Positions 8,833 through 18,639 of a stretch of DNA of 64,000 nucleotides are shown here, piece by piece; position 1 is the stretch's first letter, and each line of letters starts with the position of its first letter. Both the position numbers and the translations under genes were made by a program. The stretch covers positions 373,332 through 437,331 of the IMG/VR virus record IMGVR_UViG_3300037297_000066; one strand, given 5' to 3'. A model generated the notes under the pieces. The model was not told the origin of the DNA and ran no database searches. It saw only the letters and a list, made by a program, of their open reading frames with translations.

Positions 8833-11800
8833 GTGTCTCTAGGACCATTGACGACCTACGTTCCCCCTGGCATCTACACCCGCACCCTGACCGAGGTCAA
8901 CGCAGCCAACTTGGTGGCTGGCCTTCGGATCCCCGTTGTCATTGGCGTGGGACAGGAACAGCTGGAGCAATCCGACCTGGAAATGGTCAGGGGTAGCTCG
9001 GCTACTCTGGACCAGCAAATCGTCAGCGAGGACGTCTCACAGTCTTTCGTGGTGGACAACTCCAATCCTCTGGTTCCCGTTCTGGGACCCACGGATGGGA
9101 CCTTCACGACGGTTCGAGTTCGCAACTACCCCATTGTGGATGGACAGGGCTTTGGCCGAGTGACCAACGACGTTCGTTCGGTCAGTGCCACGGTCAACGG
9201 GACGCCTGTGGCCATCGGAAGTGTGCAGGGTACCAACGGATACATCACCTTCCAGGTACCGCCTCAGGTGGGGGACGACGTTCGGGTCACCTATTACTTC
9301 CACCGAGGAGACACTGCTTTCACGGATACCGTGTCTGACCAGGTGACTCCGACCACAGCGGACCTGACCACTCCTGCAGTGGCCAACTTCGCTTTCACGA
9401 CAGGTATCAGCGACACCTTCGTGATCGGAGTGGATGGTACTGACAGTACCGTTGTCTTTACCGAGGGCATTCACACAGCTCTAGCCGTCAAGACCATGAT
9501 CGACGCCGCTCTGATCACTGGATTGACTACGGCAGTCTTCACGGACAACGAAGGCAATGACCACGTCACTCTGACGGCGGCTCAGAAGCTGGTGATTGGT
9601 ACGGGCAACGCTAATGGAGCTTTGGGCTTCACGGCGGGGGCTTCCACCAGTCGAAACGTCAACTTCCGGGTGTTCCAGCGTCCTATCGTGGATGGAACGG
9701 ATGGAGGGATCACCACCACAGACCCAAGCAAGGTTGTGGTGCTAGTGAACAACTCTCAGGTCATTCCCACTGCTGTGGATGGCACCAACGGAATCGTGAC
9801 TTTGCCGATGGCCCCTGCGGCTGGAAGCACCGTCACAATTCAGTACTGGGCCAACACGTGGCAGGACACCTTCGACTACTTGCCCAACACGCTGGTTTCG
9901 ACGGTGACCCGTTGCGGGTTCTCGCCTGGTCGTTCGGACTACATCCAGAACCAGGATTTCGTCATCTCCAATCCGAGCGAGGATGTCTCGGTGGTCCACT
10001 GGGGCTCCAGTGTGGCTGTTTCCTCAGTCCTGAGAACGGCTGGGGCAACCGTCTTCGACGAGACGCAGATCCTGGCCTCTTTGGTCGATGACAAGATGTA
10101 CTTGGCGGAATGCACCCGGGTGGTAGACACCACGGTCGTTCCTGCCGAGACATCTCCCAATGAGTTCCTGCTCCCGGCTATTCCGACCACAGGCAACGGT
10201 CGAGACACGCCGCTTGGGAGCACACTCTACAACACGGTCACCAATGGCCGGATGAACCTGAACACGGATCGTCCCGATCTCATCACGGTCTACACTGGTC
10301 GAGATCTTCGGGATGCGTTGGGTCGGGATCCCATCGATGTGATCGAAGTGGATGCCCTCAATCGCCAGATCACGCTCAAGCAGGCCGTTCCTCCAGATCA
10401 CAACGCCTACGCCACGTTCTGGTATAGCCGTCTGTCTGACGACACCTACGTGCTGACCAACAAGGTGGCTGGAGCCGTTGGTACAGGAGAGTACGAGGTA
10501 TTCAGTTCCGTTCAGAACAACAACCTCTTGCAGGTTCTGTTCGGAAGCAAGACGGCTACCGAAGTCATTCAGTGGCCTCGGGGAGTGGAGAGTATTCCAG
10601 ATGCCTTCCACACGGGTACGGGAACTGGGTCTCCAGTGGCCGAGACTGTCACTGTTACCTTCGCTTCTGAGGCAGCCAAGAATGCTGCTTACACTAACGA
10701 AGGGGCCGCTCCCTACGAGTTCTTCGCTGGAACTTCGGATCAGTGGGTGACCGTGCTCAACGGCGTGACCTACCCTACGGACCTGGATACAGCCGTGGTT
10801 GGTCGAATCGTTGGGACTCGGGTGGCTGTGGATGGTTCCGACCAGATCACCTTCACCACGGGCGTCAACGACGTTCTGAACCTGACCATCGACGGTACGG
10901 ACTACACTGTGACTTTCTCAGCAGGCGCTACTGCTGTGGGGCCAGTGGGAACGCCTGGGACGGTCCTTGCTCAGATCGCTGCGGTCATTCCGACCACACC
11001 TGAACTGGTTCAGTTGGGTCCCTCGGGATCTGATGTGATGTTCATCATCCCCTCGTCTTCGACGCCTGCGGCTTTGCCTGGTGGCTTCGACCATGTCTCT
11101 GCGGTCAGCGTCCGTCAGGGTACTGCCGAGACGACTTTGGGCTTTGTGCCTTTCCAGTCGGCCTCGGGGACTCCCACGGCAACCAACAAGCCGGCCACCC
11201 TTTTGGGTACGGAGACCGGGGACTTCATCATCACTCTTGGCGTGAACGACGAGTTCAAGTTCCGGGTCGATGGATTGGAGTACACAGTCACTCTGACGGC
11301 GGGCACTCGTACGGCGACCCAGGTGGTTTCGGACATCACGGGTGTGGTTGCTGGGGTGGCTTCTGTGGGTACCTTGGCCAACTTGGACAAGGTTCGACTC
11401 ACCAGTACCACCACCAACTCTGGCTCTAGGATCGTCATTCTCGATGGCTCAGCCAACGATACGCTGGGCTTCACCGAAGATGATTCGGCGAGCTACACGC
11501 CTGTCACGGCTCAGGAAGTGGTCAACGAGCTTCTGGCCACGGCCAGTTTCCAGACCGACGGGGTGGCTTACGTTTCCACCATCAATGGAAGCCAGTACGT
11601 AACCATTGAGTCCAGTGATGTGGGAGCCACTACCCCATCGGCATCGAGCATCGCTTTCACGTCGGTTTCCAACTCGGCATTCAACACTACCACGGGTACA
11701 GGCATCGAGCCTGGCACCAGTGGAGACAATGGTGAGGACGCTCGGGACATTTACACCGTTGCCACGGACCGAACAGACGGCCTGGGTTCTGGTGGAACCG

Positions 11801-13092
11801 GTGTTCCGGGGCAGACCTACACGGATGCCAAGACGGGCCTGAGATTCACGGTTCTGGAGTCTGCCACGGGGTCCTACACTCCTGGAGGCACCTTTACTCT
11901 GACTGTCAGCCCGACCTGGAAAGTCCATCCTTCGATTCCAAGCCTGCAGTTGGGCGGTCTCGAAGTCATCGTCACGGACACGGTGGGTGTGGGAGTGGAC
12001 GACACGGCCAATGTTCAGGCGTTCAATCCTGGTGGTAGCGAGCCAGCTGTCGGAGACTTCTACTACATCAGCTATCAGTACCTGAAGCAGGATTTCTCGA
12101 CTCGGCTGTTCCAAACCTTCAAGGTCATCGAGGCCAACTTTGGTCGTTTGAGTCCTGAAAACAGGGTCACCTTGGCTAGCTTCCTGGCCATTCTGAATGG
12201 TGCGGTCCTCGTGGGTATCAAACAGGTGCTCAAGGAGTCCAACACCAACCAGGCCAGTGACGCTTCGTTCTTGGCGGCCCTTCAGGAGCTGACCATTCCG
12301 CTGCCTGGCAACGTCAAGCCGGATGTATTGGTGCCTCTCACGACCTCTACGACGGTCTATGGGGCTCTGATGCAGCACTGTGAGGTTCAGTCCAACATTC
12401 GCAACCAAGCGGAAAGGATGGGCTTCATTGGGTTCGCTTCGGGAACCTCTCCGATCACAGCCCAAACGATTGCCAAGAGCTTGCTCAGCAACCGTATCGT
12501 GGCTGTGTACCCGGACTCGGCAGTCATTACTGTGACCAATGAACTGGGTGAGAGCAGCGAATCTCTGGTTGACGGCACCTTCCTGGCTTCAGCTTTGGCT
12601 GGTGCGATCGTCAGCCCGGCTGTGGACGTGGCGACTCCGTACACGAGGCGACAACTTGTCGGAATCGACCGGCTTCCTCGGGTTTTGGACCCGGTGGAGG
12701 CAAGCCAGACAGCAGTGGCTGGTATCACGGTCCTGGAGGATCTCGCAACAACTGTTCGAGTCAAGCAGGGTCTGACCACGGACATGTCCACGATTCTGAC
12801 TCGCCTTCCCACGGTGACTCAGATTGCGGACTTCGTGCAGCAACAGTCCCGAGCTACCTTGGATGCCTTCGTGGGCACCAAGTTCCTCAGCCAAAGGACG
12901 AACGAAGTCGAAGTCTCGATGACTTCTCTGTTCAACCAGATGTTGCAGGCAGAGATTGTTGGAGGCTTCACGGGAATCAACGCAGAGGTGGATCCCAACG
13001 ATCCGACCATCATGCGGTTCGAGGCGTTCTACGCTCCGATCTTCCCGCTTTTGTACATCGTCCTCACATTCAACCTAAGAGCTAACGTCTAG
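8833..13092 (+). CDS. Contractile tail sheath protein, very large (1419 aa)
   Basis: N-terminal 'YVPPGIYT'. C-terminal sheath domain 'ERMGFIG..NRIVAVYP..LAGAIVS..AGITVLE..VKQGLTT..QIADFVQQ..FVGTK..YAPIFPLLYIVLTF'. AGGAG upstream of GTG. Confidence 0.92.
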   Translation: MSLGPLTTYVPPGIYTRTLTEVNAANLVAGLRIPVVIGVGQEQLEQSDLEMVRGSSATLDQQIVSEDVSQSFVVDNSNPLVPVLGPTDGTFTTVRVRNYPIVDGQGFGRVTNDVRSVSATVNGTPVAIGSVQGTNGYITFQVPPQVGDDVRVTYYFHRGDTAFTDTVSDQVTPTTADLTTPAVANFAFTTGISDTFVIGVDGTDSTVVFTEGIHTALAVKTMIDAALITGLTTAVFTDNEGNDHVTLTAAQKLVIGTGNANGALGFTAGASTSRNVNFRVFQRPIVDGTDGGITTTDPSKVVVLVNNSQVIPTAVDGTNGIVTLPMAPAAGSTVTIQYWANTWQDTFDYLPNTLVSTVTRCGFSPGRSDYIQNQDFVISNPSEDVSVVHWGSSVAVSSVLRTAGATVFDETQILASLVDDKMYLAECTRVVDTTVVPAETSPNEFLLPAIPTTGNGRDTPLGSTLYNTVTNGRMNLNTDRPDLITVYTGRDLRDALGRDPIDVIEVDALNRQITLKQAVPPDHNAYATFWYSRLSDDTYVLTNKVAGAVGTGEYEVFSSVQNNNLLQVLFGSKTATEVIQWPRGVESIPDAFHTGTGTGSPVAETVTVTFASEAAKNAAYTNEGAAPYEFFAGTSDQWVTVLNGVTYPTDLDTAVVGRIVGTRVAVDGSDQITFTTGVNDVLNLTIDGTDYTVTFSAGATAVGPVGTPGTVLAQIAAVIPTTPELVQLGPSGSDVMFIIPSSSTPAALPGGFDHVSAVSVRQGTAETTLGFVPFQSASGTPTATNKPATLLGTETGDFIITLGVNDEFKFRVDGLEYTVTLTAGTRTATQVVSDITGVVAGVASVGTLANLDKVRLTSTTTNSGSRIVILDGSANDTLGFTEDDSASYTPVTAQEVVNELLATASFQTDGVAYVSTINGSQYVTIESSDVGATTPSASSIAFTSVSNSAFNTTTGTGIEPGTSGDNGEDARDIYTVATDRTDGLGSGGTGVPGQTYTDAKTGLRFTVLESATGSYTPGGTFTLTVSPTWKVHPSIPSLQLGGLEVIVTDTVGVGVDDTANVQAFNPGGSEPAVGDFYYISYQYLKQDFSTRLFQTFKVIEANFGRLSPENRVTLASFLAILNGAVLVGIKQVLKESNTNQASDASFLAALQELTIPLPGNVKPDVLVPLTTSTTVYGALMQHCEVQSNIRNQAERMGFIGFASGTSPITAQTIAKSLLSNRIVAVYPDSAVITVTNELGESSESLVDGTFLASALAGAIVSPAVDVATPYTRRQLVGIDRLPRVLDPVEASQTAVAGITVLEDLATTVRVKQGLTTDMSTILTRLPTVTQIADFVQQQSRATLDAFVGTKFLSQRTNEVEVSMTSLFNQMLQAEIVGGFTGINAEVDPNDPTIMRFEAFYAPIFPLLYIVLTFNLRANV

Positions 13093-13100
13093 TTCGAAGG

Positions 13101-13134
13101 ACGGGGTGCCAAGGGATAGCCTTTGGCACCCTGT
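13101..13134 (+). terminator. 15-bp hairpin after the sheath stop (terminator or processing/stability element)
   Basis: ACGGGGTGCCAAGGG-ATAG-CCTTTGGCACCCTGT with two G-U pairs. No immediate U-tract. Confidence 0.5.
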
Positions 13135-13264
13135 GAGGGTTCCTTCCTAGGGGTCTGTAAATCCTGTCTTTTTTGGCAGGAGCATTCGCAGGCTAGGGCT
13201 CATGTGCTATACATGAACCTCGTAGGTCTATGCCGTTTTGGTGTAATGATCTTATCACCTAGGT

Positions 13265-16200
13265 ATGGAGATGGACGCCTCTACCGATTACGACTTCCGT
13301 GTTCAGGCAGCTCAGGACGAGGACATCAGCGAGCTAGAGGCCGCTGAGTACATCGTTTTCAACTTGGCTCTGGATACCTATTTCCGGTACATCGAAGAGG
13401 TCACAGGGGAGGAGCCCCCAGAGGATGACGAGAATACTCTGGATGAGGCCCCCGAGGGTGACACCACGAAGTTGGATTCTCTGGCTTCGGATGGCATTCG
13501 ACTCTTGAAGCGAGTGGATAGCCGATTCCAAGAAGATGCGGTGTCCATGCTGGATACCAACCTGCCCTCTGAGACCCACAAGAAGATGCTTCAGAGGGCG
13601 TTTCGGCGCCCAGCCAGGTCAAGGGACGCTATCTCTCGTCGAGCTCTCTTGATGCGAACTGTGCTCTCCAGAGGAGGGCACAAGACCGTCAAAGCGGTCT
13701 TCCACAAAACTCGACCCCTTCGTGCTGTCAAAGATGCCTTGGCAGATGCCATGATGGAGGATGCAGGGCCGGCTTTGCAGAGATTTGCAGCGGTACCGAT
13801 TCGGAATCCTCGGATCAAGGCTTGGATCAAGGCAGCAGCTTCCGTTACCAGGGAAAGGGATCAGCCCAATGCTGCTCCTCTCAACCCCGTGGAGGTGGCC
13901 TCTTCGGTAGGTGCCGATCATGCGGAGGCACTTCGGAAGGACACTGTTGACGAAACAGGTCTCCAAGGGGCGGAAGAGCAAGCCGTTGCTGGGGATGAAA
14001 GGGAGAACAGGATTTCCGACATCGAGTCGGAGGCTGCCGAAGCTGCCGCTGAGGTTCTGGCTGATGCCGGTGAGCCCGATGAGGTTTTGACTCGTAGTGA
14101 GGTCATTGGCATTGCTACCGCTGCAGCGGTGGCAGCTTCTACCGACCCTACCGACCCTACCAACATCCCAGAGCCTCTTAAGCGTCTAGATGACGAGCAG
14201 AGAGCAGCGGCCATGACTGACGGCAAGGTCTTGGTGGCGGCAGGGGCCGGGTCTGGAAAGAGCTGGACTTTGGTGGCCCGGGTCGAGCATCTCATCAAGG
14301 ATCGAGGCGTCAATCCTGCCAGGTGTCTAGTCACTTCCTTCAACAAGAAGGCCGCTCTAGAGCTCGACTACAAGATCGGCAATGTCATTGGTGGGGACAT
14401 GGCTGACGCTATGTCTATTGGGACCCTTCACGGGTTGTTCCGGCAGTTCATCGACAAGTATGGGACTCAGGAAGAGCGTATCGCTGTGGGGGTTGATAGG
14501 AAAGGTCCCAACGGGTTCGTGAAGGGAGGCGATTCTGTTGCTTCGGCTGTCAACCGGGTGTGGCGCAAGTGCTATGCCACCCAGAAGGCTGATGGGACGT
14601 GGAAGGATGCTGACGCTCCTAGGGTCAAGGATGGAATGCGTGCCAAGACCCAGTGGGCTGGAAACAACGTGACTCCTGCCCAGGCCATAGAGAAAGCGGC
14701 CACGCCAGAAGAGGCTCAGCTGGCTCAGTGGTATGAGTGGTACATGGGTTTCAAAGGGGACCTGGGGAAGGATTGGGAACCCCCTTGTGGTCGAAAGCTC
14801 AGGGAGTGGGAAGGGTTCCTAGCAAAGAAGCGTCTTGGGGGAAGGATTCGTCTTGGAGACTTCGACGACATGTTGGGTATCTTCAAAGACATCCTCAAGA
14901 GACAACCGGAAGTGAAGGCCACTGTCCAGGCGGCCTTCGACCACATTTTGGTTGACGAGTGTCAGGATCTTAATGAGACCCAGAATGAAATTATCATGAT
15001 GATGTCCGAACACATCACTGATGGTTCTGATGGAAAGTCTCTTTGGATGGTGGGCGACGATAAGCAGTGCGTGGGTGTAGACACGCCTGTCCAGGTTTCA
15101 GCAACCGAGACTGTGCCCGCGGGGGAGCTTCAAGCGGGTGCCACTGTGTTGGCTTACCGCAATGGCAAATTGCGTCCCCAGAAGGTGTTGCACGCCAAAC
15201 ATTCCGATTGGCGCACTGGGTACAAGGTCACTACGGAAAGCGGTAAGACGCTTACTATGTCTCCCAACCACAAGATTTGGGCACAAGGTCCCGTTCTTGA
15301 GGAAAGGCAAGTAGCCGTCTACCTTATGTATCGTCAGGACAAGGGCTTCCGGGTTGGGATCACCAACAAGTGCCACGACGAGGATTACTACAACTCGTTT
15401 GGGGGTCGAGCCTTCATGGAGAAGGCCGAGCGTATGTGGGTTCTTACCGTATGCCAAGACCGTGAAGAAGCCTTGTTGAAGGAGGCTTCCTACTCTTTGG
15501 AATACGGTGTGCCTACGGCAGTGTTCGAGGGGGCCAGCAGGGGTATCAACCAGGATCGGTTGGATGCCTTGTTTGAGACTTTTGGACATAACGGTAGGAA
15601 ACTGCTGGCTGAAAAGACTCTGGGTTTTGACCTTCCCCACTGGGTTAGCCAATCTTACACGAAGCATGGGCGTCTCCGTAGAACCGTGCAGATGACGGCT
15701 CATGGATCAAAGGGAAGCCAGGTTGCTTTGGAGTGGTCTGGGGATGACCTGGACGGGAAGTTGGAAGGCATCCAGTTCTCCAAGCAAGCTAATGGGCGTC
15801 GCCGTCTCCGCAAATGGTTCACCAATTATCGAGAGGCTCTTGAGTTCGCTGAGCAGGTGGCAGAAAGGACTGGAGCTGCGTTGTCTCGGCGTTTGTCTAC
15901 TCCTGAAGGGCCTGTGCGGTTGCTCACTGCTTCTGGGTTGTTCTCTGGAATGCAAGTGGTTGTTAGGGACGATGAGGATCCCGAAGCCGTTGCTTTGGAA
16001 ACCATCGTGTCGGTGGAACCCGTTTCCGAGACGGCCTTCGTGGATCTGGACGTGGAAGATGCTTCCAACTTCGTCGGAGGCGGTATTCTTTCCCACAACA
16101 GTATCTACGCCTTCCGTGGAGCTCGTCCTGATCTGTTCACCGCCCTGGATGGTAAGGAAGGCTGGAAGACCCGATCCATTCGAACCAACTACCGCTGCCC

Positions 16201-17683
16201 CCCTGAGATTGTCGAGGCCGCCAACCTTCTCATTGCGAACAACGAGGACCAGATCCCCATGGAGGCCACCCCCAATCCAGCTCGGATTCGAGGGATGGCA
16301 AGCATGCGGGTAGAGCAGATGCAGGACTGTGAAGGTACGGCTATCTTGGCAGCCAACACCATCAAATCCGCTCTTGATGGGGACAGTTGCGAGATCTCTG
16401 ACAATGCGGTCCTGTGCCGTACCAATGCCGAATTGAACATGTTCGAGACGGCGTTGCTGCTTCGAGGCATCCCGTACGCTCGCAAAGGAGCCAGCAGCTT
16501 CCTTGGGTCTCCAGAAACGGCGGCCTTCTTGGGCTACATCAAGATGGTTTCAGGGGGCACTGACTTTGAGGGGCAGCAGAAGGCTCTTCGATCTATTCTC
16601 AACACGCCGAATCGGTTCTTCGTAGCCCCTGATGCAGCCAAAGCTGCTGTAGACCAGGCGCTTAGAGAGTACGCTTCAATGGAAAGGATGCCTATCAAGA
16701 ACGTGGACCCGATGGAAGCCTTGGGTGATGATCGGTTCCGGCGTTCTTTGGCACATGCCTTGACCAAGATTGACCGTCCTCGTAGCCGGCGAGAAGAGTT
16801 CAAGCTGAGCAAGACGGTCGAGAAGTTAGATGCTTTCTGGGAAGAGGTAGCGGATTTGAGAGAGACCGCTCAAGCCGAGGAGACCACAACTCACCAATTG
16901 TTCGACGCCGTTCTCAGTGTCTCAGGAATCGAGTTGGAGGTGGATCCTAACACGGGAAGGATCACGGGAGAGAAGCCGGTTACTTTCCGAGAAGCCGTTT
17001 CCAACAACTTGAAGGACCAGGGTGGGGAGGACGATGACGCAGGGGCTGAGGATGAAGACAGCTCCATGCAAGGGTTGGGGAACATTTCCTTCCTCTACGA
17101 GCTGGCCAAGCCTGATCCGAATGACCCTGCAGACAAGGCAGCCGATCCTCGAACTCCCTTTGGATTCCGAGCCAAGATGGAACGAATCAAGGAGCGGGCA
17201 AAGGAGCTTCGCTACGACATCACGGCTTGGGACAAGCAACAAGAGGCCAAGCCTCCTGAAGAGCGACAGCCGCCTCCTGGGGTGTACCTTGGGACCGTGC
17301 ACTCCACGAAAGGTGCACAGTGGAAGAACACCTTTGTTCAGATGCCCGCTGGCAAGTTCCCTTTCCAGCCGCCTGCCAAGCCTGGGTCTGAGCCGCCTCC
17401 CCCAGAGGTGATCGAGAAGGAGATGCAGCAGGAGCGAAGGCTGGGCTATGTGGCGATCACTCGGGCTATCGACAACCTGACCATTCTCTGTCCAAACGAG
17501 GTCAACGGGAAGCCTGCAGGGGTTAGTCCTTTCGTAGCCGAAGCGGGGCTACACCTTGGGGAAAACATCGGAGCAGAGCCCACCTCTCCTGAAGAAGAGC
17601 CTCCTGGAGAGCCTTCAAAGGAGGCTTCCGATGATTCGGGTTCGGATTGGGATGGTTACGAAGCTGACTACGAGAGGTCCTAG
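13265..17683 (+). CDS. uvrD: UvrD/PcrA/Rep-type SF1A helicase with an intein and a ~300-aa acidic N-terminal extension
   Basis: 'LDDEQ', Walker A 'AGAGSGKS', 'SFNKKAA', 'GTLHG', 'DFDDML', 'LVDECQDLN', split motif III 'VGDDKQ|SIYAFRGA', 'TNYRC', 'VLCRTN', 'TVHSTKG', 'QERRLGYVAITRA'. Confidence 0.93.
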   Translation: MEMDASTDYDFRVQAAQDEDISELEAAEYIVFNLALDTYFRYIEEVTGEEPPEDDENTLDEAPEGDTTKLDSLASDGIRLLKRVDSRFQEDAVSMLDTNLPSETHKKMLQRAFRRPARSRDAISRRALLMRTVLSRGGHKTVKAVFHKTRPLRAVKDALADAMMEDAGPALQRFAAVPIRNPRIKAWIKAAASVTRERDQPNAAPLNPVEVASSVGADHAEALRKDTVDETGLQGAEEQAVAGDERENRISDIESEAAEAAAEVLADAGEPDEVLTRSEVIGIATAAAVAASTDPTDPTNIPEPLKRLDDEQRAAAMTDGKVLVAAGAGSGKSWTLVARVEHLIKDRGVNPARCLVTSFNKKAALELDYKIGNVIGGDMADAMSIGTLHGLFRQFIDKYGTQEERIAVGVDRKGPNGFVKGGDSVASAVNRVWRKCYATQKADGTWKDADAPRVKDGMRAKTQWAGNNVTPAQAIEKAATPEEAQLAQWYEWYMGFKGDLGKDWEPPCGRKLREWEGFLAKKRLGGRIRLGDFDDMLGIFKDILKRQPEVKATVQAAFDHILVDECQDLNETQNEIIMMMSEHITDGSDGKSLWMVGDDKQCVGVDTPVQVSATETVPAGELQAGATVLAYRNGKLRPQKVLHAKHSDWRTGYKVTTESGKTLTMSPNHKIWAQGPVLEERQVAVYLMYRQDKGFRVGITNKCHDEDYYNSFGGRAFMEKAERMWVLTVCQDREEALLKEASYSLEYGVPTAVFEGASRGINQDRLDALFETFGHNGRKLLAEKTLGFDLPHWVSQSYTKHGRLRRTVQMTAHGSKGSQVALEWSGDDLDGKLEGIQFSKQANGRRRLRKWFTNYREALEFAEQVAERTGAALSRRLSTPEGPVRLLTASGLFSGMQVVVRDDEDPEAVALETIVSVEPVSETAFVDLDVEDASNFVGGGILSHNSIYAFRGARPDLFTALDGKEGWKTRSIRTNYRCPPEIVEAANLLIANNEDQIPMEATPNPARIRGMASMRVEQMQDCEGTAILAANTIKSALDGDSCEISDNAVLCRTNAELNMFETALLLRGIPYARKGASSFLGSPETAAFLGYIKMVSGGTDFEGQQKALRSILNTPNRFFVAPDAAKAAVDQALREYASMERMPIKNVDPMEALGDDRFRRSLAHALTKIDRPRSRREEFKLSKTVEKLDAFWEEVADLRETAQAEETTTHQLFDAVLSVSGIELEVDPNTGRITGEKPVTFREAVSNNLKDQGGEDDDAGAEDEDSSMQGLGNISFLYELAKPDPNDPADKAADPRTPFGFRAKMERIKERAKELRYDITAWDKQQEAKPPEERQPPPGVYLGTVHSTKGAQWKNTFVQMPAGKFPFQPPAKPGSEPPPPEVIEKEMQQERRLGYVAITRAIDNLTILCPNEVNGKPAGVSPFVAEAGLHLGENIGAEPTSPEEEPPGEPSKEASDDSGSDWDGYEADYERS
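15068..16099 (+). mobile_element. Intein (344 aa) in helicase motif III with a central endonuclease-like domain
   Basis: Begins Cys (CVGVDTPV). Block B 'TLTMSPNHKIW'. Blocks F/G 'FVDLDVEDASNFVGGGILSHN' followed by extein Ser. Removal restores GDDKQSIYAFRGA. Confidence 0.93.
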
Positions 17684-17685
17684 AC

Positions 17686-18630
17686 ATGGCTGCTCAGTAC
17701 ACTGAGATCACGTTGGAGGATATGGATCGCTTTTTTAAGCGAGCCTATCGAGCTTTGCGACCACGTCGAGACCTTGATCGTGGGGAGTATGTCTACACTC
17801 TCAAGCTCAGTAAGAACGTAGGTATTCGGGTCTACTCATCCATCACAAAGGAAGGAACGGGAGCTGGGGTAGGCAGTGATGCCATTCGAGTTGTCTTGTA
17901 CGGGACTCGGGTTCGAAGACCTTTGGTCAAGGGGAAGGCGCCCATCGTCAAGCGCACCCAGGGATGGAGGAACAGCCTTCAGAAGCAGATTGAACAGGCC
18001 ATCGAGACCTACGACGAGAAGGAAAGCTACTGGGAGGAACGAGCTGGGGGTCCGAGTCCTGAGGAGCGTGAAGAGTCTCGTCAGAAAGAAGGCAAGCCCA
18101 CGCTTCGGATCGAGCCTCGACTGAAGGTCAAGCCTCTGATCCTAGCCATCCTGGAAGAGGTTGGGGGGCCTGATGACGCCATCAGTGTGTTCACAGACAG
18201 CGAGAACGTGAACACAGTGGTTGTTCTTGCCAAAGAAAGCGCTTCCCCTTCGGAGTTGATTCACTCCTTGAGCAAAGCGTTCGTGGCGAAAGGTATCAAG
18301 CCTAAGCAAACCAGGGGGAAAGTGGTTTTGCTAGACTACGATGACGTGGCTGGTTCAGACACGGCCCCGGCTCCGAAGTTGCCTCCCACAGACAAGCAGA
18401 TTCGGTTCGCTCTCAAGCTGCTCAAGAAGGTCAGCGACGACAACTGGTACGACCATAGCTGGAACCAGAAGTACAAGATCCCTACGGTTCCCGACGAAGA
18501 ACAACTGCGTGGGATGGAGCGGCGCCAGGTCAGTGCTCTCATTGACGACTTGCTGAAGAACGGGTTCGGCTACTACAGAAACGCTTCTACTTTGGATTTG
18601 GAATACCCTGAATACGACCAGTTGATGTAG
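17686..18630 (+). CDS. Hypothetical multi-domain phage protein
   Basis: 314 aa. N-domain 'IRVYSSI..GSDAIRV..VKRTQGWRNSL'. C-terminal 'PTDKQIRF..QVSALIDDL' small helical module. Confidence 0.7.
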   Translation: MAAQYTEITLEDMDRFFKRAYRALRPRRDLDRGEYVYTLKLSKNVGIRVYSSITKEGTGAGVGSDAIRVVLYGTRVRRPLVKGKAPIVKRTQGWRNSLQKQIEQAIETYDEKESYWEERAGGPSPEEREESRQKEGKPTLRIEPRLKVKPLILAILEEVGGPDDAISVFTDSENVNTVVVLAKESASPSELIHSLSKAFVAKGIKPKQTRGKVVLLDYDDVAGSDTAPAPKLPPTDKQIRFALKLLKKVSDDNWYDHSWNQKYKIPTVPDEEQLRGMERRQVSALIDDLLKNGFGYYRNASTLDLEYPEYDQLM

Positions 18631-18639
18631 ACTGAGGGT

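Noticed and set aside
13123-13347. 74-aa ORF spanning the sheath-helicase spacer
   Set aside because: It has a TTG start inside a hairpin with no RBS, overlaps the helicase start out of frame and has no protein-like features.
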